Below, piece by piece: positions 1-10,919 of a DNA stretch of 64,000 bases; positions within the stretch are counted from its first letter, which is position 1, and each line of letters opens with the position of its first letter. The notes under the pieces are model-generated. The model saw nothing but the letters and a program-made list of their open reading frames with translations, was not told the DNA's origin and did no database searches. Where the stretch lies: positions 13,268,001-13,332,000 of the forward strand of contig CM102286.1 of the NCBI GenBank assembly GCA_046563655.1, in the 5' to 3' direction. The DNA comes from Yuukianura sp. NJ FZ-2021 (Eukaryota). The translations under genes were made by a program, and so were the position numbers.

Positions 1-3000
1 GGTTGACCAATAAACTCTCCTGCTCCATAGATATACACCGTAAAACTGGCAGAACATCCTGGTTGGATTGGCAGTTGAGCTTGAAGGTTGTCATCACTCC
101 AACTAAAAATCTCACTTATTCTGGCATCAATTCTGGAATCAATGGAGATTTCCAGGGATTCAATTGGTACTTTTCCCGTATTGATCAAAGCTACGCTACA
201 CTCTTGACTTTCGCCCATCAACAAGGACACACTAGCACTCGTAACAATGGAATCGGAGAAGGAGCTGAAAAATTCTGATTTAGGTTTGGACGTTTCCACC
301 TACAACAATAAAATCACAAAATTGAAAGAAAAAAATCGTCATATTTTTATGAGAATATCTTTTTCCAAAATCCAATTACCGCAAGACACGGGAGTGCAGC
401 GACGACCTCAATATCAATATGTGGACACTTCATGGCACGAATGTTTTTCAGTCGTATATTTGATTTTACACCAAGTGTGTAAGTAGAGTACCCTAAAAAT
501 ACAAAAAGTTACTCAAAATTTTAACAAACAAAATTCCTTTTACTTTTGAAATTGTGAAATTCAATTCTGTACCTAATATTCTGAGATTTCCGGGTCCCAG
601 CGGTATCCCAGTCAGCGTCGCAGGGAATGTCGACTCTGCCGGAATCGAAATCACGTTGGAATTGACATGAAATCCAACACCTTCCGTTATAAGACACTGC
701 AACAAACAAACAAAGACGTGAGCAATTATTTCAGCATTTAGCATTCCCTCTGATGAACAATATTTCCTCAAGCATTACTTACAATTGAGCTCAATTTCAG
801 TTCGATCGGTAGAGGATTCTCCAGAATTACGCTTACTTCACACATTTCGCCTTCTACCCAGCAGAATTCTGTTCAACAAAGAAGCCAATACTTTTAATTT
901 ACTTTGGAAGTTTAACGACAATCAGCGTAAATGAAAGATTCATTTGCTACGTACCCGACTTGCTACTGTCCGATGGATCTTTCTTTCGATTAGCAGTAAA
1001 CGGAGTGTAAACGAATGGACTAATTTCTTCAACCGTATTCTTAACTTCTAATTTTTCAGGCCTCAAATGTGGTGTAGGTTGAATGAGTTTAAACATTCTG
1101 CAGAAAACAGGAAGAATTAAGTGGCACAGTCACTGTCATTTCTAAAGATCATTTTCCTCAAATTCATAAAAGTACTTACTTGATTAGAGGAATCGTAGAT
1201 AAATGTACTGGAGGAGCAATTGCACCATTGTCAAGCGCGATGGGAGTTGGAACGCCTTCACTGTCTTTCGACAGCATTTCAAGCTGCATGGCAAACTCAC
1301 CGCGTTCTGCAGTACTCAACTGCAATAGAAAGGAAAAAATTCAGTACCTATTTGCCTTGATTGCATTGCATAACATCGTCTTATCCCCAAATCCCCGGGG
1401 AAGGCATCAAATCCCCGGAGAAAATCATACACTGGAAAAAAAAGTACTGCCAACATTTTTAACTTACATGTGGTAGCATAGTATGAAGTAATAATGTCAT
1501 GTGACGAGTTGCAAGAGCGTTGGCTCCTTTCTTCTTCGCTGTTCCCACGAGTTCCTGAAGCACTTGAATTTGTAACCGCGCCCAACCGTAGTATCCAAAC
1601 GCTCGCGGTTCGTTAGGGTCTACTGATAAATTGTAACCGTCAAGCAGTTGAAGAAGGAGAGAATGACAGAGATTCCAGTTTGGTTGAGGATTGCTGGGGG
1701 ATACACATCGCATGGCAGCTACGCGTTTAAAAAAAGCTGCTTTTCGATGAAACCCTAAGCGGCTATACATTTCCGACAGGGCGTTAAACCTTTGCATCTA
1801 AAACAGAGAGCACAAATTGAATTATATGCCAACGTCTACTAAGTTGAAATCTTTAAGGTTAGGGAAGGCTTCGTTAGTGTTACCTTCTCCTCTTCTGTAA
1901 GTTGTAAACAAATGAATACGGCGTTTTGCAAGAAATCAGCAGCCAGCAGAGTCTGCTTCTGTTCAATTAACACCATAGCTGCCTTAATACTGGCCTCCGT
2001 TTCAATCACTCCTGCTTGCCGGTACTGAAATAACAAAAAATTAAAAGAATAGACTTAAATAACTTGGAATTAATTAGAATTCAAGTTACCTTTCCATAAT
2101 GTCCAACTGCCTCTTGATACTTTTCCTGTATCTCTCTTGGAGTTAAGCAATTCTTAGAAGATGATTTAGCTACAAGTGATTCTAATTGAGAAGGATCTAA
2201 GCCAGGCGGGAGTGAATTAGCTGAGTTCATTGCCAGTTGCTTCATTTTGACTAGCTCAAGACCTTGGAGTGACGAATTCCTTTGAAGGGAGGTAGGACTT
2301 CGGAGTTGTGGATACAAAATTGCGACGGAAGCGGAGCATATTCCTTCCAGAGCACCTTCATAACAACGTCACATGAATTGTATATTCCAAAGTACAAAAA
2401 TTGTAAGTTCAAAGTTCGGAAGTTCTGGACATCACTATACTTACCTCCTAACCAAAGCCAATCGTTGACCGATTTGAGTATTTCAATAGCTGAATGGTAA
2501 TGAGTAATTGCTTCTGCTGGTAATCCTGCTTGCAAGTTCAGATCCCCTAGTTGCTTCTTCAATCTCCCGTCGGCTCTCTTTTTGTTATTTTTTGATTCCA
2601 AATCCAAACCAACAAAGTCCTTCTTCTCAAATGGAGCACATAAAGATTGCAACAAAAGTGATCGATCCGCCTTTCTCAACCTGCAATTCATCAAACGTTG
2701 ATTGTTCCGGCTAATCAAACTTGATATAAAACGAATTAAGCTTACCCCAATTTGTCGACCCGTTTTGATTCTAGTACCCAGAAGAGAGCCTTCACGAATT
2801 CATCAATGTCCGTTTCCAGCACTTGGCTTAGGTCCATTGTTGGATAAAATAAAGTCCGTGCTTTGAAATTTCCCGGCGGAACGAGCGGTTTGGAATGGTT
2901 GCTATTCGTTCTCTCTTGATTCTCCAAAGCAGCATATTGAATAGCTCCCGTCACAGATTCAGACCTGGAAGCAGAATCTTCACTGGCAGTATCATCGTGC

Positions 3001-3813
3001 AGGGATTCCTCATGAGACATTCCCAACGAATGGAGTGTGTCTGAACTACACGATGGTCTGGGCATCAATCCGTTTCCGGTCTGAATTCAAAAATCGAGAC
3101 AAAATGACTTTTTGAACTGTCCAAACGAACTTAATTTGTGAAGAACCATACCATGCTGATGTCAGAGGATGCTATTGAGTTTGAAGGAGACTCAATACGA
3201 TGATGGTCACTTCCACGACTACTTCGGCTGAACGAATTGTGATGACCATCGGAGTTTTCAATAGACGGACTTCCTTCAGAAGAATGTTGTTCTTCAAATA
3301 TTGTTCCATCTGGATTTATACCAAACAGAATACAGCGAGAGTCGTACAGGGTCCATGTGTACTTTGTCTTCAATGACTCGTGGATTCGGCAAAGCTCGTT
3401 GAATTCCTCTTGAGAATTGCACTGCCCAATAGAAATGAGCCCAAGGGCCTTCCGGTGAGTTTGAAAGTCGCCCCAATCGTTATTCTCAACTGGATAGTTA
3501 CGTAGGTATCGTAGCCAAATTGTTCTAGAATTGTTTTGTGGATCTTGGACTCTAAATTGATTCACACGCGATATCCGTTCAAAAGCACGGTTGAATTGCT
3601 TTGTTCTTAGCTGACGTCCTGTAAAAACAACAAGAAAAGTTAAACTTCGTGAAAAGAGAGGTTTACAGTATTCGAAAGCAAACGTTTTTTACCTATATGT
3701 CGGACGACGACCAACAAGGTTTGATGATCGTGTGGAGTTTGTTGATAATCCGGGTACGACATGCTTTGTTCAGGAACTGTACCCGACAAAATGGCACTCA
3801 CCGCTGACCGCAT
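1..3813 (-). CDS. TRAPPC9: Trafficking protein particle complex II subunit 9 (TRAPPC9/NIBP/brunelleschi), multi-exon, 3' part truncated by the window edge
   Basis: Minus-strand exons give [62 protein letters not shown]...[30 protein letters not shown] and [22 protein letters not shown], all typical of the TRAPPC9/Trs120 N-terminal region. ATG at 3813; first intron 3692-3619 is GT-AG. Confidence 0.93.
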
Positions 3814-4726
3814 TTGTTGGAATTGGAGTCTGGAAAAGCACTGGAGCCTCAATTACCTAAACAGACATACAACCAATTCAATTCAATCTTCATCAACTAC
3901 AGCACTTTAGTTACTCAATACTACTACATACGTTACTTAATACGTTTGGTTCCTAACATCGGAACTTTTACAGATATCTACTGGTAAATATGCTTTAATT
4001 TAAGAAGTAGTACATTGATACGGGTTACGCACCTTTCGCATTGTTAACATTGAGCTGCCACATCCCAACATAAGTTCTTATCGGTGTTAATTCCAGAAGA
4101 CCATAAGATTAAATTTGTCCTTGTTCCGCCCCAAAGTAGTGAAGATTCGGCTAAAGTCGTGTTATTAAAAAGAATTAGTAATTGGAAAGTTAGTAGTTAG
4201 TGAACTCATGACCAGTTGAAAGTAAAATACTTAAAAGTAAAGCTACAGATCCGCAGATGTTGTATCGAGTTACTCTCTGTCCAATGTCCATTTATCGAGA
4301 GCTGTTCACCACACAATCCACAATCGCAATTCGCAATCAATCAAGAACTGTTAGTACTTAGCAAACTGTTGGTTAATATTTCCCATCAATCGATGATACT
4401 TACGTTACATCTAACTCGGCACAGATCAGTCACTAATCACCTCACCACAATTCGAAACACTGGTGGGTTTACATCTTATTCTTAGCTAAACTTATGTTAT
4501 CGTTATCAGTATGACCTAGAATCGAATTGAATGAAACTTTCTTCCGTCAGAACGACATTCCTTCGAATAATCAAGAACACAGGATACAAACTTACCGAAT
4601 AACCAATTCTTCAACTATGATATGTCGCCTCCTCCTTCCATCTAGTTACACTTGGATGGTAATTAACTATTTAACTGATCACATTCACAATCAGTGAATA
4701 AAGTTTACTTTTAGATTTAATTGTAC

Positions 4727-4734
4727 TATCGATA
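4727..4734. promoter_or_regulatory. DRE-like element TATCGATA in the probable TRAPPC9 housekeeping promoter
   Basis: Exact TATCGATA palindrome about 0.9 kb upstream of the TRAPPC9 ATG, a second ATATCGAT at ~4842, and a possible 5'UTR donor (cttac on +) at ~4591-4595. Confidence 0.45.
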
Positions 4735-4993
4735 AAACAAATGTTTCAAATGTCATTGGCTTTTTTCACCGCTCCACACAGCCGCTGGCACCACCGTCCT
4801 CCATATATGGTCATCCGGACACATTATTAATAAAATATAAATATCGATTGTTTTCTTCATAATAAAATAATAACTTCAATATAATACAGTGCAATATGCT
4901 TTTCAAAATTTAATTTGAAGTTATTTATGTATGTTACTTACAAGTAACATTTGTAGCGTGTGATTAGTGCGAAACCATTAAGCGAGAATACTA

Positions 4994-5405
4994 CTATGAA
5001 AATTTTTTACTGTGAACCAGACCTTGCTAAGTCTCCAGATTATGAAAAATTTTACTGTGAACCAGACCTTGCTAAGTCTCCAGATTATGAAAAATTTTAC
5101 TGTGAACCAGACCTTGCTAAGTCTCCAGATTATGAAAAATTTTACTGTGAACCAGACCTTGCTAAGTCTCCAGATTATGAAAAATTTTACTGTGAACGAG
5201 ACCTTGCTAAGTCTCCAGATTATGAAAAATTTTACTGTGAACGAGACCTTGCTAAGTCTCCAGATTATGAAAAATTTTACTGTGAACGAGACCTTGCTAA
5301 GTCCCCTGACTATGAAAAATTTTACTGTGAACGAGACCTTCCTAAGTCCCCTGACCATGAAAAATTTTACTGTGAACCAGACCTTGCTATAAGTCCCCTG
5401 ACTAT
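4994..5405. repeat. 45-bp minisatellite, about 9 copies (TATGAAAAATTTTACTGTGAACCAGACCTTGCTAAGTCTCCAGAT)
   Basis: Near-identical head-to-tail units start at 5041, 5086, 5131, 5176, 5221, 5266, 5311 and 5356, plus a first copy at ~4994. No unique spacers. Confidence 0.97.
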
Positions 5406-5885
5406 GAGGGTGATAGTAAAATTAGTGATAGTAAAATCTGGATCATATTAATAAGCTGATTAGTAAAATCTAGCGGGTGATAGTGGAGTACTGGTAGTAA
5501 ATTTTTGTCTTTCCACAAGGTTTGGTTTCCCGCAAAAATACAAGTGTTTTCAACACTTTGACCAACGTGTTATTGCAACAAAACTACGCGTCTTTTCTCT
5601 GAAAACTGGTTTCTTAAACATAAAGTGTTTAAAAACTATTTTGTAATTTATTACATTCTGGAACTAGACTACATCCTTACTGTATGATCCTTACTGCAAA
5701 AAACTAAGAATGTATGTGCCAATATTTTTTATTGCATTTGTACTGTGTAAGTTTGTCGGGAATGCGGATTGAGAAGACAATGAATCTTTGAACTTGATCT
5801 ATACAATTCAATTTCATTTTTAATTTCGTATTTTTTCCCAATAATTATGCAATTCAGTTACTGAAGGAACTACAAAATCAAGGCT

Positions 5886-7927
5886 TTAGTACATGTAGTT
5901 AACTTCGACTGGCTTGTTAGCGTTGGCTGTGGTGGCATCTAACTGCTCCACCGAAGTGACTGTAATTGGTAGGTTGACTCCATCACCCACAAGTTCTCCC
6001 TGGGCGTTGGCCAGAGTACGCTGAAATCCAAATTGTTTCATTTTTCGGTTTTTCAGTGCCTCTTTCCAGTCAAATGCAGGTTCGCTCTCTCCTGCTCCTG
6101 CGATAGCGTCTCGCTTGATCAGAACTTTCCTGTTTTGCACAAAAAGATTGCAAAATTTCAAATTTTTGAGATTATTTGACTTAATTTTAATTCGTTCATT
6201 TTGTTATCGTTGGTGAAATCATACAAAAAAAATCAGAAATTATACCTGTTGAATTCATCAATAGTAGCTGGGAGAACAACGTAATTGACGCCGTCAGAAA
6301 TCCAGAAATAAATCTGGACGAAATTTAAAAAAAAAATTAAGTCTTTCTAAAAAAGTAACTTTTCTAACTTTTATTCATTTATTTATAATTCGTATTTAAC
6401 TTTTGTAGAATATATTTGCGTTTGCGTTACCGTATCTGGCATAACCATTCCCCAGAATTTCGTTTTGCCTCCAGATGAAAATTGGTCGTTAATCAGAAAC
6501 CGGCGCCATGGTCCAAACGGCCCAGTCGGTGCGTAGTTATTTTGTTTCTGGACGCGCATGCGCAAAAACATTTGAAGTGGTGCTTCTTCACCTCGCATAA
6601 ACCAGAGTTGAAGTTCTGCGTTGTCTACGTTGAGAGATGGACCCTCCAGTAATCTAAAATTCATTTAGTTTACATTAATATTTATCATTTTAATATGTTA
6701 AACTTCAAAATCAAAAAAATTGAATCAAAATTCAAAAATTTCAGCCAATGAATAATACCACTTGTGGTTCCATTTGTACATGGATTATGAAACTTTCATC
6801 TGGAATTACTTTTAGCAATTTTATGTTAAATTATCACTGACGCAGTGAATTTTGAATTAAAAGTTGACGTTATTAGTGAAATGAAATTAAAATAAATTCG
6901 GAATAAATTAATAAATTAAAATTTAGTTTACGTGGAACTTACTGCGCATAAGGTTGGAATTGGAGTGGGTCGTTTGTTGTTGGCATAGTGGATGGTGGGT
7001 CAAGGACAAACAGACCTGTGTTGCCATAAGCCGTTTGCGTCTCCGGAGCTGCCGTACGATTAGGTGCGAATCCATTGGCATCCGCAATTATTGCTTGAAC
7101 TGTGTATTTCTATTAAAATTTAAATAAAATGACAAATTAAGTTTAATTTTAAGTTAGAAAGTTAGTAATAGTGCCTAAAATTGAATTTTCAAAACTTACA
7201 TTGCCTGCAACGTACTCCGCTTGGAATCCGGAAGATGGATCGGACACAAACTTCTGGAGAACGATTGGACTCCAGTCTAGGCTGCTTTCGGTTGCTGGAG
7301 TCTTGGGATTTAGTACTGGCAATCTTGTAATTGCACTTTGCGTAAAAATGTTGACACTGTTTGGAAATTCTGCTAATTTGGCAGGGTCAAACAGCAAGTC
7401 GGTAGTGCTGCTACAAGATGGTACTCCTTGGAGGTTTTGCGTCAGTGGAAATTTCGTTTCACCGTCGCATGGCAAGGTTGGAAGGTTCAAACTGCCATGT
7501 GAAACACAAAAAAATTGAATTATGTTAGTTAGAGGTTCGGGAGACCTTGACCTTTGACCTTGACCGTGACCTGAACCCATCTAAGGTCAAAGTCGATTTA
7601 CTTACAACAATGGAGCAGTTGCCTTTTGTGGTTTGAGAATAGTTGCGTAGTGGAGTGCTCCATTCCAGACAGTTCTGAAGTAGTAGAAATCCTAAAAAAA
7701 GGCAAGACGGGTTGAATTTTAATACAAATCAAAACAATTTTCAAAAAACGATCTGAGTGTATCAGTTTGGATTTTTAAAAAAACTGTTTAATTGAACATG
7801 AAAATTGTCAGTTAAAAAATTTCTTAACCAGTTTCGGCGCGGCAGTAGTTGCCGGTTTCTTCGTTGTCGTTTGTGCAATTGCGCTGTGCAAAAGCACAAC
7901 ACAACTTAGAGCAAAGAAAGCCTTCAT
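5886..7927 (-). CDS. Uncharacterised secreted protein, 7 exons, about 392 aa
   Basis: Exons 7927-7829, 7691-7606, 7491-7200, 7109-6943, 6653-6431, 6313-6246 and 6129-5886 splice with GT-AG junctions in consistent phase (1179 nt). The N-terminus MKAFFALSCVVLLHSAIA looks like a signal peptide and is followed by a T/K/P-rich linker. No domain recognised. Confidence 0.85.
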
Positions 7928-8806
7928 TTTGCCCACAAGATTTTTGGATTTCCTTCTAAAAAAACTTGAAATTGGCACTTTCAAAAAAATGGAATTTTGA
8001 TACTTTCAGACCAACCGATTTAAAAACGGCCAGTTTTATCATATTTTTTTTGAAAAGCCAACTGCTGTAATCATAGAATTGCAAATTACGAACATCATCA
8101 GAGCATCACAACTACGTAGAGCTTGCGGAATGGTTAAGGTCATTTACGTAACTAAAATGTTGGTAATTTTGATAAATGTGCGTCAATTCAAAACAGATCA
8201 CTTTCGTTAAAAAAATTTTTAATGTATTCCAAAAAGTTAAAAAACATTGACATTCATATGGAAAACACCAAGTGGTTGTAAAAATAAAATTCAAATTTAG
8301 TTGGAACTGGGAAACCATAAGCTGTTTAAGTCCAGAATTCATTTTGAACATGCTTTCAAAACTACGTTTGAAAACTTAGCGTCATTTTCAAAACGTCATA
8401 ATTTCTGTCGATTTCTCAAAAACGCAGAGAGAGGAATTAACTATTCCAATGCTTCACATTTTAAATCATAAAAAAAGTTAGGCCTTTGCTTATCAAATGC
8501 CTTTGCAAATCAATTTTAATTGTAACCCTGCCCCTGCCATCCTAAATCAAGTTTTGACAAGTTGGCTTGATTGCCTCTTTAATTGCAAAAGAACACAAGA
8601 TGAACCGGGATTGAGTTCAAATGAAGTGGCCTATTGAAGTAATGAGCAGAAAAACCGGCATAACACGCCTGTAAAATTAATTTGAATTCAACTTGTTAGA
8701 CAATAGACTGAACGGGATGGTGGTGGTTCCAATCAACACTTGAAGTGGTCAGGATGGTGTCAACTTGGACGCAGATCTGGTCAGTTCAAGGGGTCAAGCT
8801 CAAAAG

Positions 8807-8814
8807 TATAAAAG
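8807..8814 (+). promoter_or_regulatory. TATA box of the beta/gamma-crystallin-like gene
   Basis: TATAAAAG 76 bp upstream of ATG 8883, with an Inr-like CTAGTT about 30 bp downstream. Confidence 0.65.
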
Positions 8815-8882
8815 AGAGCTGATTGGCTGCTCAATTTCCTAGTTTCCAATTTGTTTTCATTGGTGGACAATATTTTTTAACA

Positions 8883-9780
8883 ATGAAGGTGTTGGTAGCT
8901 TGCCTTGTTTTGGCATGTGCTGGGACAGTACTGGCCCAGGACATGATCACCAACTATGTCCGGGTACGAGGGGAACACGATGACGAGAATAACGGATACG
9001 TCATTACGGAAGAAGTCGAAGATCTTTCCGGAAACTGTGTTTTTCAAGCTAAGAAAATTGTTGAAGTCTGTGCAAATGGAAAGTAAGCTTAAAAACAAAC
9101 AATTTAAAAAAAAATGAAAAATTGGAAGAAAAAAAAACAAAATGCGTCCCTTGTCTTGCCATCATCACAAAATCTAAACTTTTAAATTCTAGTATTTATA
9201 AAATTTAAAAAAAAAATTTTTTTTGAAAAGGTGGGCAGTCTACACCAAAGAGAAATTTTCATTGAACTCCACCGTTTTGTTCGTTCCGAATACATGTATT
9301 GACGACAAGAATCCGTACAACATCGACCTAGAAAAGTACGCTGACATCCAATCCGCTCGTCCCATTGGTCACTCCGACCCCAACGTAGTTCAGCTAAGCG
9401 TCTACCAAGGAAAGTTCTTCAAAGGAAAGTCAAAAGACTTTGTTTCCAGCAAGAAGATCCGATTTATTGCCAATTCCGCCGTGATTACTGGCGGCAAGAA
9501 ATGGGTTTTGTACAAAAAGGAAAACGACACTTCGTCTGCCATTTGCCTCAGTCCGTCTGGCCTCTCTTATGTCATTCTAGAACATGAGGAACTCAAGGAA
9601 TTCAGATTCGTCGCAGCCGAATTGTTGCCTAATGTGGAAGATGAGTGTCCACAGGGGTCAAAGGCCATTGTCATCCCTGGTGGAATTTCAGCTAGAAGTG
9701 AATTCCCAATGATCCTGCCTGCTGGTGAAGACCCTGACAGTCTCCAACATTCCATCATCATTGACTCTCTCAACAAATAA
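8883..9780 (+). CDS. Secreted beta/gamma-crystallin (Greek-key) domain-like protein, 2 exons, about 249 aa
   Basis: Exons 8883-9082 and 9231-9780. Signal peptide MKVLVACLVLACAGTVLA. Crystallin-like motifs GKWAVYTKEKF, IQSARPIG, LSVYQGKFFKG and ANSAVITGGKKWVLY. AATAAA at ~9873. Confidence 0.75.
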
Positions 9781-9960
9781 TTTGTGATTAACTTAACAAA
9801 TTATGTGACTAATTTCCAAGCTACTTTTACTAATTTATTGTTCTCCTCACATCCGTATACTTGTACCTAACAATAAAATTCTAACAAAAACAATAGGGGT
9901 GACACTGAATTTATGAAAATGAAAATACGAAAAATAGTAGATCAAGTTTTATGGTACGCC

Positions 9961-10048
9961 GAGGAAGCTTTTTGCTTGTCACAAATATTTTAGGAAGCTT
10001 TTTGTCGTGCATAAGTAGATTAGGAAGCTTTTTGTTGCGCATAAATAG
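9961..10048. repeat. Degenerate 30-bp tandem repeat, 3 copies (AGGAAGCTTTTTG core)
   Basis: AGGAAGCTTTTTG at 9962, 9992 and 10022, spaced exactly 30 bp apart. Confidence 0.8.
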
Positions 10049-10238
10049 TCCAGTGTGATTGGAGGTCATGACCTCCGTGCGGATTTTTATGTTTCAGAAT
10101 TAGGTGACATTGATATGTGTTGACCTCGACCTTAAACCAAAGTGACTGGCACAAGTGGATCCTCCTTTCGCCTAAACTAATTAATCAAAGGTTCAATTAA
10201 CACCCTTGATTAACTTAATTAACTGCAGTTGAATCAAC

Positions 10239-10246
10239 TATATAAA
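10239..10246 (+). promoter_or_regulatory. TATA box of the small EDEL-tailed gene
   Basis: TATATAAA about 95 bp upstream of ATG 10334. Confidence 0.55.
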
Positions 10247-10333
10247 CAAGGTGTTGGGTAGAATCTAGCATAGGAAACAGGTTTGGTTGCATTTCCTTCA
10301 TCTTGCAAGGAGTTGACCCAATAATCCAAAATT

Positions 10334-10838
10334 ATGAACTTTAAAACTCAGGTATTATCTTTATGAATTTTTTTCTGAAAAAAAGAGGAAGAAATTTCAT
10401 TTTCAAAGAAAAACATGTTTATAGATTTTTGCAGCCGTTTTGATGCTGAGTGTCACCCAAGCACAACTTTCTCCGCAAGTGGAGCGGGATTTTATGGAAT
10501 TTTCGGACGGAACGGCAGTTCCAATCACATGGAGCTTCGCCGGCATAATTTCCCGCGTCCAAGCGTTGTTCAGTGGCGCAGACGTAGAAACTGAAACGCT
10601 CAAAGCTGAACATGACCTGCTTGACCTCCCGCCATTGGATTTGGAATTACCGAAATTGAGTAAAGTAGAGTTGCCAAATTTGAATAATTTGAAATTACCG
10701 CATTTGGTCGAAACTGAAAAAGTGGAGACGCCGGAACTTCGACTCCTTCAAAAGGAAAATGACGAGACTACAAAACCGTACAAACTCAAACTCAAATCTA
10801 AGCCAATGAAAATTCCTGAAGATGAAGATGAGCTTTAA
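10334..10838 (+). CDS. Small signal-peptide protein with C-terminal EDEL (possible ER-retention signal), 2 exons, about 143 aa
   Basis: Exon 10334-10351 (MNFKTQ|gt) splices to 10425-10838 (IFAAVLMLSVTQAQ...). It contains LP-rich repeats (LPPL, LPKL, LPNL, LPHL) and ends ...PEDEDEL*. Confidence 0.75.
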
Positions 10839-10919
10839 TGTTTAATAGCCCTTAAATTGTTAATTGCAGAATTTGAATTAAATTTTTGGATTAAATTTTT
10901 TTGTTAAACTGGTTTCACT

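Noticed and set aside
4960..5451. ORFs with 15-aa repeats (FYCEPDLAKSPDYEK) and a CRISPR-like appearance
   Set aside because: Open frames on both strands follow from a 45-bp unit that is stop-free in those frames. Units are contiguous with no unique spacers, there are no cas genes, and the context is eukaryotic.
7171..7518. Antisense ORFs overlapping real exons (also 29093-29377, 37375-37635, 53478-53756)
   Set aside because: Shadow frames of coding exons on the opposite strand with no independent evidence.
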